Part shown: in pieces, positions 8,613-16,912 of the stretch
Layout of the letters: the number at the start of each line of letters is the position of its first letter
Numbering within the stretch: the stretch's first letter is position 1
DNA from: Seleniivibrio sp.
GTDB taxonomy: Bacteria > Chrysiogenota > Deferribacteres > Deferribacterales > Geovibrionaceae
Length of the DNA: 32,000 nt
Assembly: GCF_021209385.1 (NCBI RefSeq)
Contig: NZ_JAJOIL010000032.1
Location: 6,340 to 38,339 of the forward strand
Reading direction: 5' to 3'
Position numbers and translations under genes: made by a program
Notes under the pieces: generated by a model
Databases searched by the model: none
Told to the model about the DNA's origin: nothing
The model's input: the letters and a program-made list of their open reading frames with translations, nothing else

Positions 8613-9509
8613 TCAGAATGAGAATACCGCTCTTACCCAGTATTTATCGCCTTCGGATCTGTTTTCAACCAAAGTCTCTTTCTGATATTTGACGTGAATA
8701 CCTATGTTTTTGTAATTGTACTGAATTGTAGGACCTACACCAAGAACCCTGCCTTTGTAATCATCAACGGTTTCGCCGTCGGATTTATCGTCAGTTATCT
8801 GCTGATAGTAGTATCCGCCAAGACCTACAGTCCAGCTGCCGAAGTGCTGTCCTGTAAAATAGTCGACGTGAAATTCCTGACCGGACTTATAGTCCGTGTC
8901 ATTGTTCTCAGTATTAAAGTCATACATGAACTTTCCGGACACTTCATATCCGCCGTCGGTAACATAGCTTATTCCGTATGCAGGCTCAAAGGTGTAATAG
9001 TTGCGGCCTATATTGGCTATGTCGTTTTTGTCGTATGCACCTGTGGGAACGTCAATATCAAGGGCTATCGCCTGATGAAGATTTTTTGAGTGCCATGAAA
9101 GATTCACGCCGACATCAATATCGCCGAGACCTGAAGCGTTATCCTTTCCGGCGGGAGTTTCCAGGTGCATATTCACAAGAGGGATCAGGGTCTGAAAACC
9201 GAGATTTCCTCCGGCGATCTGAGTTTTGGTAACATAAACAAATCTGGAAACGTCAGCCAGAACGTTTGCCTTAAAGTGGACGTCAATCTTGTCGCCGTTA
9301 TTGTCTTTAAGGGCATCCGCTGTGTAATAGTTCAGATAGTTAAGATAATAAAAGCCCGCGGGAGGAATGGCACCTGCCATAACATCCTCCGCTCCGTTTG
9401 GATATGCTCCGCCGCCGCCCTCTGTAGCAAAAGCGGAAGAACAGGGAACAGCAAACGCAGCTGTTATTACAGACATGATAATGAATTTTTTAAGTCTGCT
9501 GATTATCAT
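8613..9509 (-). CDS. Outer-membrane beta-barrel channel, MetA-pathway/phenol-degradation-like family
   Basis: Signal peptide ...AAFAVPCSSAFA. GGGGAYPNGAEDVMAGAIPPAGFYYLNYLNYY is typical of this family. Alternating beta-strand pattern and terminal ...VRAVFSF. The ATG at 9509 follows AAGGG; a GTG at 9518 is 2 nt from the flavoprotein stop. Confidence 0.7.
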   Translation of the reverse strand: MIISRLKKFIIMSVITAAFAVPCSSAFATEGGGGAYPNGAEDVMAGAIPPAGFYYLNYLNYYTADALKDNNGDKIDVHFKANVLADVSRFVYVTKTQIAGGNLGFQTLIPLVNMHLETPAGKDNASGLGDIDVGVNLSWHSKNLHQAIALDIDVPTGAYDKNDIANIGRNYYTFEPAYGISYVTDGGYEVSGKFMYDFNTENNDTDYKSGQEFHVDYFTGQHFGSWTVGLGGYYYQQITDDKSDGETVDDYKGRVLGVGPTIQYNYKNIGIHVKYQKETLVENRSEGDKYWVRAVFSF

Positions 9510-9520
9510 AACATTCACCC

Positions 9521-11041
9521 TTATTTGCCTGTTTTAATGTATTTGACAGCGTCAGCACCTGCAAGGCGTCCTGATGTTGCGGCAAAGCCGAATGCAGAAC
9601 CTGAAGCCCAGAGGGTGTATGTGTCACCGTAAAGTCCGCCGACATCACAGCCGACCACATAAAGTCCGTTAATGGCTTGGTCGTTGCTGTCGATAGCCTG
9701 CATCCTTTCGTTGATTCTGGCTCCGCCAAGAGAAACGAAATAGTAGGGCAGGACTTTAACCGCATAGAAGTTTCCGGTCTTAACGTGAGTCATTCCCCTT
9801 GTGTCTCTGTCAAACTCAGGATCAAGGTTATTGTCAATGTAAGAGTTATAGTTTTTAACGGTTGTTGTAAGAGTGGCGGGGTCAACACCTATCTGTTTTG
9901 CAAGGTCGGCTATGCTTGAGGACATAGCGACGTCTTTATTCCCTTTAGCTATTTCGCCTTTGATCTCGTCAACAAGTCCAGGGATCTTTGTTCCGAGAGG
10001 AATAAGAACGCCAAGACCGTTATCAAGACCTTTTTCGCTGAGATGTTTGACTGTTTCGTCATCGAATATAGACCAGACAAAGTGTCCGTTCTGACGCTCA
10101 ACAGCATTTCCTGCAAGCGCGAAGCTGTAAACAACGTCCTCGTCAACGATTCTCTTTCCGAATTTGTTAACCCAGAGGCTGGGCTGCCATGTCATAGCGA
10201 ACATGGGTCCGAGAGGTCTGTGGGTTCCGGGGTGCAGCATAAGACCCCATCCTTCAGTATCTGCTCCGGCAGACATAGCCATGTCTATACCGTCGCCTGT
10301 TTTTTCAAGAGGCGCTGTGGCAAAAACTGTTTTTCCGTCAAAACGTGTGTATTTTGAAACCATATCGGGGTTATTGGGAAAACCGCCTGTTGCAAGGATA
10401 ACGGCTTTTGCGTTGACAATAACTTTATTGCCTTTTGCATCCTCGCCTTCAACACCGCTGATTTTGCCGTTTTTCATGATGAGCTTTTTGCCGGGTGTCT
10501 GATAAAGAACCTTTATACCAAGCTCGTCTGCTTTTTGTACCATTGAATAGATCAGAGAAGCTCCGTGGTGTATGCCGTTTTTATCTTTCACAAGGTGCCA
10601 TGTGAAACCTTCGGTGGGAGATATTTTAACCGGATCAAACTCCACGCCCTGTTTTTTGAGCCAGTTGATGGTATTTTTTGATTCGTTGATATAGAGGTGT
10701 ACCAGTCTGGCATCAGCTCTGAAGTGGTTGAACTCCATTGAATGTTTGAAAGCTTCCTGAGGCGTAAGTCTTTCTGATTTAAGTCTGAGCTCGTCTGTTT
10801 CCACAGCGAAAAGCCCTTCCGCAAGATTCGAGCTTCCGCCCGCCATGTCCTGTTTCTCAAGAACAATTACCTTTGCTCCGTTTTCAGCGGCGGATACGGC
10901 TGCTGAAAGCCCTGATGAGCCGGCACCGACGACGACAACATCGGCGTCATAGACTTTGTCTTTCGCATATGCAGAAAAAACAAACATAAAAGACATGAAT
11001 GTAAATACGAAAGAAAGAAACTTTTTAGAAACCCTTTGCAT
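9521..11041 (-). CDS. Periplasmic (Sec-signal) FAD-dependent oxidoreductase, fumarate-reductase/flavocytochrome flavin-subunit superfamily
   Basis: Strong GGAGG RBS. Signal peptide MQRVSKKFLSFVFTFMSFMFVFSAYA with no twin arginine. Dinucleotide fold DVVVVGAGSSGLSAAVSAAENGAKVIVLEK...GGSS. The C-terminus GGLYGDTYTLWASGSAFGFAATSGRLAG differs from the canonical GGNRLGGNA motif. Confidence 0.85.
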   Translation of the reverse strand: MQRVSKKFLSFVFTFMSFMFVFSAYAKDKVYDADVVVVGAGSSGLSAAVSAAENGAKVIVLEKQDMAGGSSNLAEGLFAVETDELRLKSERLTPQEAFKHSMEFNHFRADARLVHLYINESKNTINWLKKQGVEFDPVKISPTEGFTWHLVKDKNGIHHGASLIYSMVQKADELGIKVLYQTPGKKLIMKNGKISGVEGEDAKGNKVIVNAKAVILATGGFPNNPDMVSKYTRFDGKTVFATAPLEKTGDGIDMAMSAGADTEGWGLMLHPGTHRPLGPMFAMTWQPSLWVNKFGKRIVDEDVVYSFALAGNAVERQNGHFVWSIFDDETVKHLSEKGLDNGLGVLIPLGTKIPGLVDEIKGEIAKGNKDVAMSSSIADLAKQIGVDPATLTTTVKNYNSYIDNNLDPEFDRDTRGMTHVKTGNFYAVKVLPYYFVSLGGARINERMQAIDSNDQAINGLYVVGCDVGGLYGDTYTLWASGSAFGFAATSGRLAGADAVKYIKTGK

Positions 11042-11122
11042 CTTAATCCTCCTTATTTTTAAGGACAGCGTCCTCTATAAGAAAGATTATATTGTTACGG
11101 GCAATTGAACCATTGGGCTGAT

Positions 11123-11151
11123 TACCGTTTCTTATACCTGTAAATACTTAG
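11123..11151. promoter_or_regulatory. Three TAC-heptamers (TACCGTT, TACCTGT, TACTTAG) upstream of the flavoprotein gene; candidate NarL-family regulator sites
   Basis: Heptamers start at 11123, 11135 and 11145 (spacing 12 and 10 nt), 82-110 nt upstream of the ATG at 11041. The same words recur at 13550-13588. Confidence 0.25.
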
Positions 11152-11214
11152 CCGAACCGAGTCTTTCCCCTAGGCTCCACCGTAAAAAACTCCATACGGC
11201 TACGGTAAATCTAC

Positions 11215-11883
11215 CTAAGATATCATATCCTGAAAATGCGACCACTTGATAGCATACTGGGAGAGTTCGGCTGCGTTTTTGAGCCCCAGCTTGTGTTTCA
11301 TGCTCTCCCTGAAAGCGTCTATAGTCTTAACGCTGAGATTCAGATTCTCCGCAATCTGCTTGGATGTAAAACCGTTGCCTATCATCTGAAAAACCTGAAA
11401 TTCCCTGTCGGACAAAGTCTCGACGACGTCCTTATCGGGAGATTCCTTTGCACTCATCGCCTTGTTAAGAACATATTCTGTCATTCTGGCACTGAGATAT
11501 ATCTTCCCTTTCAATATCCTTCTGATTGCTTCAATGATAACTATGGGTTTTTCGCTCTTCATCACATATCCGGAAGCTCCGGCTCTGATGCACCGTTCGG
11601 CGAAAATAAGCTCTTCATGCATTGAAAGCACAAGAACAAATACGGAAGGGTACCTGGCTTTTATGCTTTTTATGATATCCAATCCGTTTGAGGCACCGAG
11701 AGAAAGATCAACTATGGCAACATCAGGCTCTATTTTAAACAGAAGATTTACGGCAGAAAGAGCATCCTCGGCGGCTCCGCATACCTCCATATCCGATTCG
11801 TGATTTATAAGTCTTACAAGCCCTTCTCTGACGATGGCGTGGTCATCCACAATAAAAACTTTGCATGCGTTCTGAATACTCAT
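11215..11883 (-). CDS. Response regulator, NarL/FixJ family (receiver + LuxR-type HTH)
   Basis: KVFIVDDHAIVREGL...VAIVDLSLG receiver motifs. C-terminal LSDREFQVFQMIGNGFTSKQIAENLNLSVKTIDAFR is a GerE/LuxR HTH. Confidence 0.9.
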   Translation of the reverse strand: MSIQNACKVFIVDDHAIVREGLVRLINHESDMEVCGAAEDALSAVNLLFKIEPDVAIVDLSLGASNGLDIIKSIKARYPSVFVLVLSMHEELIFAERCIRAGASGYVMKSEKPIVIIEAIRRILKGKIYLSARMTEYVLNKAMSAKESPDKDVVETLSDREFQVFQMIGNGFTSKQIAENLNLSVKTIDAFRESMKHKLGLKNAAELSQYAIKWSHFQDMIS

Positions 11884-11893
11884 TGTAATCCTC

Positions 11894-13402
11894 TTATGGA
11901 GTAAGTTTAATTATTACAGAGATGGACGTTCCTCTGTCTGCTTTGGAGTTTACCTCTATGTCCGCCCCTATGATGGAAGCTCTGTATTTCATTATTCTAA
12001 GTCCCTGACCGCTTGTAATTAAATCAGGTTTAAGTCCTATTCCGTCATCGGAAACTTCCAGACGCAGAAAACCGGACTTCATTTTAAGACACAATTTAAT
12101 ATTGCTGCACCTGCTGTGCTTGACGGCATTGTTAACAGCTTCTCTCGCAATGAAATACAGATGATTGGAAAGCTCATAGTCATCAACGTAAACCGGATGA
12201 AGACATTTGTATCTGCACTTTATCCCGTACAGTTTTTCAATGGCGGACGCCATGCTTTCAAGGGTACTCATAAGCCCTGCCGAATCTTCGCTTACAGGGC
12301 AAAGTCCGTTTATTATATTGCGCATGGTGGTCTGCGCTTTTTTTGTGTTCTCAACAATATCCTCAGCAGTATTTGCCGCTTCGGGATATTTATCTTTCAG
12401 TTCCTGATAAAGCACTGTTGAAATGAAAGATATACCTGTCAAAACCTGTCCCAGACCGTCATGGAGATCGTTGCCGATTTTCCTGCGCTCGCTGCTTGCA
12501 AGCTCAAGTATCTGGCGCTCCATCTCTTTTCTCTCAGTTATGTCACTTATGACCTGAACAAGACCGGTAAATTTTCCAAATTCGTCAAAAACAGGATGCG
12601 TCTGAATAAAAAACACCATTCCTGCGGCTCTGACTTCTCCTGACAGCGGTATTTTTGAACTTTGCGGGCGACCGACAGGACATCCTTTACAAAACCCCTT
12701 CTCTTTGTGACATATCTCATAGCAGAATTTCCCTTTGATCTCTTCCGCCGGAATTCCGGAAAGAACTGAGGCTACTCTGTTCGCCCAGATGACCTGCATA
12801 TTAACATTATAAAAAATAATACAGTCAGACATTACATCCAGAATAAGGGCTTTTTCCCTCTCAGACCTCTTCAGCGCTTCGTCTGCAATAACCTTGTCCG
12901 TTATATTCAGAATTATTCCCCTCGCCTGAACGAAATTGCCATCGGCGTCATAAACCGCTTTGCCGTAAAGCACAACGGTGATCACATCTCCATTTTTACG
13001 TTTCATCTTCCATGTTAAGTTTTTGGCAATGCCCGTCCTCTTAAAAACCGGAAAAATTGCTTCATGCATATCAATACCTTCTGCCAGAAGATCATGAAAC
13101 CGCATAGACAGGAACTCTTCCCTCGAATATCCGAGGAAAGTCTCAAAGCCTTTATTAACGTCCACAAGCTGGCTGTCGGCATCCAGAACTATTTCGCCCA
13201 TAGGCACATCGTCCAGAAGAAGCATCTTTCTGCGCTCGTCATTAAGCAGCTCAATATAAGCCGACTTAACCATGGATACCTCCTGACGGAGATTCCTTAT
13301 CTCTTCCTTCGCCTTTTCAAGTTCCGCCGAATAGTCGCTGGTTACGTTCATAAAGCCTCCGGACGGTGAATTATGACTGATGTCCATAAATCTACTATAC
13401 AT
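11894..13402 (-). CDS. Soluble multi-PAS sensor histidine kinase, HisKA_3 (NarX/NreB-like) type, with a 4-Cys motif
   Basis: No TM segment. At least two PAS-like modules. C227-x3-C231-x6-C238-x2-C241 (CYEICHKEKGFCKGC). H-box GNDLHDGLGQVLTG and a C-terminal HATPase domain. The start is uncertain: ATG at 13402, 13387, or 13351; the last lies 4 nt after GGAGG. Confidence 0.85.
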   Translation of the reverse strand: MYSRFMDISHNSPSGGFMNVTSDYSAELEKAKEEIRNLRQEVSMVKSAYIELLNDERRKMLLLDDVPMGEIVLDADSQLVDVNKGFETFLGYSREEFLSMRFHDLLAEGIDMHEAIFPVFKRTGIAKNLTWKMKRKNGDVITVVLYGKAVYDADGNFVQARGIILNITDKVIADEALKRSEREKALILDVMSDCIIFYNVNMQVIWANRVASVLSGIPAEEIKGKFCYEICHKEKGFCKGCPVGRPQSSKIPLSGEVRAAGMVFFIQTHPVFDEFGKFTGLVQVISDITERKEMERQILELASSERRKIGNDLHDGLGQVLTGISFISTVLYQELKDKYPEAANTAEDIVENTKKAQTTMRNIINGLCPVSEDSAGLMSTLESMASAIEKLYGIKCRYKCLHPVYVDDYELSNHLYFIAREAVNNAVKHSRCSNIKLCLKMKSGFLRLEVSDDGIGLKPDLITSGQGLRIMKYRASIIGADIEVNSKADRGTSISVIIKLTP

Positions 13403-13549
13403 ACGAAAAGTTATATTTCAATAAACGTATTCTGATGTTTGGTCACACGCACGCACTAGTAATTTTTGACATAAAATACTGTTAATTTTCATTTTTTAGT
13501 ATAGATTATGATTTAAATAGGTCAATTTTTAAACAAATTTAAGTAGTTT

Positions 13550-13588
13550 TACCTAAGGCAGAATACCGTTACCTGCATAACCTAAGTA
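13550..13588. promoter_or_regulatory. Cluster of TAC-heptamers in the divergent kinase/MFS intergenic region
   Basis: TACCTAAG (13550-13557), TACCGTT (13564-13570), TACCTGC (13570-13576), CTAAGTA (13582-13588, the reverse complement of TACTTAG). They sit in a 328-nt AT-rich intergenic region with phased A/T tracts. Confidence 0.25.
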
Positions 13589-13730
13589 TTTTCACCTATA
13601 CGTTGCTAAGCAATAGTGTCGTGATTAAACAGTGGATACACCGATTCATATAATCAGTGGAACAGCTATTATGTTAAATCATCATCAGTAACACTCCATA
13701 AATGGGGAGGAGAACCGCAGGGAGTACAAA

Positions 13731-14918
13731 ATGACGGAGAGCAGACTCAGTTTAAAATTCACGTCTCTTTTCGCAATCAATTTTCTTATCACTTTTTGCT
13801 TTGGCATTAACGATTCACTGTTCTCCCTGTACTACAGCTCATACAGCGTGAACGGACTTCTGTTCGGACTTTCCTTCACGCTGTATTCCATGTCAAAAAT
13901 AGCGGTCAGTCCTTTCACAGGCGCATTTCTCGACAGATATAAACCAAACAGGGTGCTTTTTGTGACTTTGGCGATGTATTTTGCCGTATCCGCATCTTTT
14001 TATCTGATACACAACGAAGTAGCCATAATAGCCGTAAGAGTCGTTCAGGGGATATCCTGTGCCCTGTTCCGTCCGATAATGTATTATATTCTCGGCAGAA
14101 ACGCCGAAAGCGGCAGCGGAAAGATTCTGGGTACATTCGATATCTCTTTCTATTCCGCTCTGGCTCTGGCTCCTCTTGTCGGCGGTTTCGTTGTGAAGTG
14201 GGGCGGATTCGGCACCGTCTTTATCGTTATGATGCTCTGCTGTATGGCAGCCATAGCTGTCGCCCTGACTTTTTCCGGTCTTTACAGGATACGAAAAGGG
14301 TGTGAAACACATGAAGAATCTTCCGAACTCTCAACAGGAATCCTTAACCGCCTTATGGTCTATATTTTTTTCAGAGGTCTGGGGATATCCGTCATAACCG
14401 CTTTCCTGCCTATATATTTATCCGGAATAAACATTGATATCAGTGCCATAGGGATTTTACTCTGTGTCATAACAGCATGTACCGCTCTGTTTCTACCTTT
14501 AACAAGTTCGCTTGCGGATAAGATGAACAAAGAGATTCTTATAGCCTCCGGCGGTATAGCCGTATCTCTGATATTAATGACCCTGACCAGTTTCACAGGA
14601 TTTATTCCGCTGATCGTTGCAGCCGGATTAAGCGGTTTTTTCAGCGCTCTGTCCCAGCCTGCCTGCTCGTCGCTGATGATAGAAAAGACAGAAAAGAAAA
14701 AACTCGGAAGCACCATAGGCAAGTTTAATTCATCCATGGGACTCGGATTTGCCTTCGGTCCGTTTGCAGGGATGCTTATAAACAGGACTTTAGGCATAAA
14801 TGCAGTATTCATAATCGCAGGATTTCTGGGGATAGTGACATCCGGTATATTCCTTTTCCCTGCCGAAACAAAAACGGTATCACTGTCTGAAGAGATCGGA
14901 AATTCCACTCTAAATTAA
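13731..14918 (+). CDS. MFS transporter (395 aa), paralogue of 266-1420
   Basis: ATG preceded by GGGAG. About 12 TM segments. Shares motifs with the first MFS ORF throughout its length. Confidence 0.8.
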   Translation: MTESRLSLKFTSLFAINFLITFCFGINDSLFSLYYSSYSVNGLLFGLSFTLYSMSKIAVSPFTGAFLDRYKPNRVLFVTLAMYFAVSASFYLIHNEVAIIAVRVVQGISCALFRPIMYYILGRNAESGSGKILGTFDISFYSALALAPLVGGFVVKWGGFGTVFIVMMLCCMAAIAVALTFSGLYRIRKGCETHEESSELSTGILNRLMVYIFFRGLGISVITAFLPIYLSGINIDISAIGILLCVITACTALFLPLTSSLADKMNKEILIASGGIAVSLILMTLTSFTGFIPLIVAAGLSGFFSALSQPACSSLMIEKTEKKKLGSTIGKFNSSMGLGFAFGPFAGMLINRTLGINAVFIIAGFLGIVTSGIFLFPAETKTVSLSEEIGNSTLN

Positions 14919-15078
14919 TCATCACTCCTCTTTTTTGCTTATTTATACGAAACCGCCGGCATCAAAAGCTTAAAAATAATTCACACCAATAACTTTTATT
15001 TATAAAAATTCAATATAATCCTCACCAAAATTTAAAACCGCTGTGCAACTACTTAATAAGCAAATTTGGAGGGTATCA

Positions 15079-16866
15079 ATGAAATACTTAACTAGAATAC
15101 TGGTTATGTTATTGATCGCTTCCGGCATATATGCCTGTGGAAGCGACGGTTCCGACGGAACAAACGGAACCGATGGAACCGACGGCACAAACGGTGCGGG
15201 ACAGGTTATTGGTCTGACACAGAAAGGACGTTACTCATCAGGTGTTTTTGACGCCAGCGCCGCAGAGATCGTCGCATATGACAAGGTAAACAACAGAACC
15301 TATGTTGTGAATGCAAATTCAGGACATGTTGATGTTCTGAACAGTTCCGATCTTTCAAACGTTACATTGGTAACAAGCATTTCCGTTGCCGACGACCTTG
15401 TAGCGGCGGGAACTGTTGCAAACACCTCTCTTGTCGGTGCAGCAAACAGTGTCGCTGTTAACGGAAATATCATGGCTGTGGCTGTTGAAGCCGACCCCAA
15501 GACTGACAACGGCTGGGTTATGTTTTACAGCACCGCTGACAACACACTGCTGAGAGCGGTTCAGGTCGGCGCTCTTCCCGACATGCTCACCTTCACTCCC
15601 GACGGAAGTAAGGTTGTTGTTGCCAACGAAGGCGAACCCGACGAAGGATATGCAAACGATCCGGAAGGCAGCGTAAGCGTTATCAAAGTTTCAGACTACA
15701 GCGTTGTGAACGTCGGCTTCACCGATTTCAACTCCGGCGGAACACGCTATTCCGAACTGCCTCTGAGCAAAATGGTAATCGACGGCTTTAACGCAACAGT
15801 CGCAGAAAGCCTTGAACCTGAATATATCGCTGTAGACGCGGATGGTGCGAAAGCATACGTTTCCCTTCAGGAAAACAACGCAATAGCCGTCATAAACCTT
15901 TCAACCAACACAGTTGAGAAGATATTCGGTCTCGGATTCAAAGACCATTCAATCCCCGGCAACGAGCTGGACGCAAGCCAGAAGGACGGCGTAAACATTA
16001 AAAACTGGCCTGTAATGGGCGTTTACATGCCCGACACCATCAGCACCTTCACTTCTAACGGCAAAACCTATCTGGTTACAGCCAACGAAGGGGATTCCCG
16101 TGCAGATTGGCTGAAAGATATAACCGATCAGACGGCATGTGAAGCCTCCGGTTATTTCTTCTCTACAGACGACACCGAATGTGTGGATGAATTCTCCGCA
16201 AAAGACTATTACGACAGCGACAACGTAACGCTTGTAAATGCGGACGGTGACCCCTATATCACAGACAACACAGGAACTGCCATCCACGGAGGATTCGGAG
16301 GAGACAGCGACCTTTACCGTCTGAAATTCTCCTATTCTCTGACTGTAAAGAAGAACGGAGGCACCGATTTTGAAAAACTCTATGCCTACGGCGCACGTTC
16401 ATTCTCCATCTGGGATGCGGAAACAGGTCTGCTGGTTTACGATTCAGGCAGCGACTTTGAACGCATCACTGCAAACATATACGGAGCAGACTTTAACAAC
16501 GACAACGCAGCAAATGCAGGCGACGACAGAAGCGACAACAAAGGACCCGAGCCTGAGGCACTCGCAATAGGCGTGATCAACGGTCATACATACGCTTTCA
16601 TAGGTCTTGAGCGCATGGGCGGCATTATGGTTTACGATGTATCCAACCCTTATGCACCGGCGTACGTTCAATACATCAACAACCGCAACGTTTCCGTTAA
16701 CTTTGACGCATCGAACTTTGAAGAGGCGGGCGATCTCGGTCCCGAAGGATTCGCATTCGTATCATCTGCAAACAGTGCAGATGGAATACCTATGCTGATA
16801 GTGGGTAACGAGGTCAGCGGAACGACTACATTCTATTCGATATTATCGAAAGCACTCTCACAATAA
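15079..16866 (+). CDS. Secreted lipoprotein, beta-propeller 'choice-of-anchor I' / atypical alkaline-phosphatase-like family (function uncertain)
   Basis: GGAGGG RBS 5 nt before the ATG at 15079. Signal MKYLTRILVMLLIASGIYAC with Cys20. A Gly-x-x linker follows. Motifs PDMLTFTPDG, VANEGEPD, EPEYIAVD, VTANEGDSR, GPEPEA and GPEGFAF are as I recall them for this family. Confidence 0.65.
   Translation: MKYLTRILVMLLIASGIYACGSDGSDGTNGTDGTDGTNGAGQVIGLTQKGRYSSGVFDASAAEIVAYDKVNNRTYVVNANSGHVDVLNSSDLSNVTLVTSISVADDLVAAGTVANTSLVGAANSVAVNGNIMAVAVEADPKTDNGWVMFYSTADNTLLRAVQVGALPDMLTFTPDGSKVVVANEGEPDEGYANDPEGSVSVIKVSDYSVVNVGFTDFNSGGTRYSELPLSKMVIDGFNATVAESLEPEYIAVDADGAKAYVSLQENNAIAVINLSTNTVEKIFGLGFKDHSIPGNELDASQKDGVNIKNWPVMGVYMPDTISTFTSNGKTYLVTANEGDSRADWLKDITDQTACEASGYFFSTDDTECVDEFSAKDYYDSDNVTLVNADGDPYITDNTGTAIHGGFGGDSDLYRLKFSYSLTVKKNGGTDFEKLYAYGARSFSIWDAETGLLVYDSGSDFERITANIYGADFNNDNAANAGDDRSDNKGPEPEALAIGVINGHTYAFIGLERMGGIMVYDVSNPYAPAYVQYINNRNVSVNFDASNFEEAGDLGPEGFAFVSSANSADGIPMLIVGNEVSGTTTFYSILSKALSQ
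15139..15198 (+). repeat. Imperfect 9-nt tandem repeats encoding GSDGSDGTNGTDGTDGTNGA
   Basis: The unit (a/t)cNga(c/t)gg(n) is repeated about six times directly after the lipobox Cys codon (15136-15138). Confidence 0.6.
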
Positions 16867-16877
16867 CCGTTTATAAA

Positions 16878-16901
16878 GGCAGGGGTTTTAAAGCCCCTGC
16901 C
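16878..16901. terminator. Bidirectional terminator between the convergent lipoprotein and porin genes
   Basis: GGCAGGGG (16878-16885) pairs with CCCCTGCC (16894-16901). AAA precedes it and TTTCCCCCC follows. Confidence 0.65.
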
Positions 16902-16912
16902 TTTCCCCCCGA

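Noticed and set aside
12707-12724. CYEICH in the PAS kinase read as a variant (CX3CH) c-type haem attachment site.
   Set aside because: The protein has no signal peptide or TM segment, and covalent haem c attachment occurs in the periplasm. The motif is better read as part of a four-Cys metal/Fe-S site.
15043-15078. The upstream start MQLLNKQIWRVS for the lipoprotein.
   Set aside because: The GGAGGG RBS lies inside this extension, 5 nt before the ATG at 15079, and that ATG starts a proper lipoprotein signal.
15139-15198. The Gly-x-x repeat read as a collagen-like triple-helix domain.
   Set aside because: There are only about 7 triplets, rich in Asp/Asn/Thr/Ser, sited directly after a lipobox Cys. 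This is typical of a flexible lipoprotein tether and is too short for a collagen helix.
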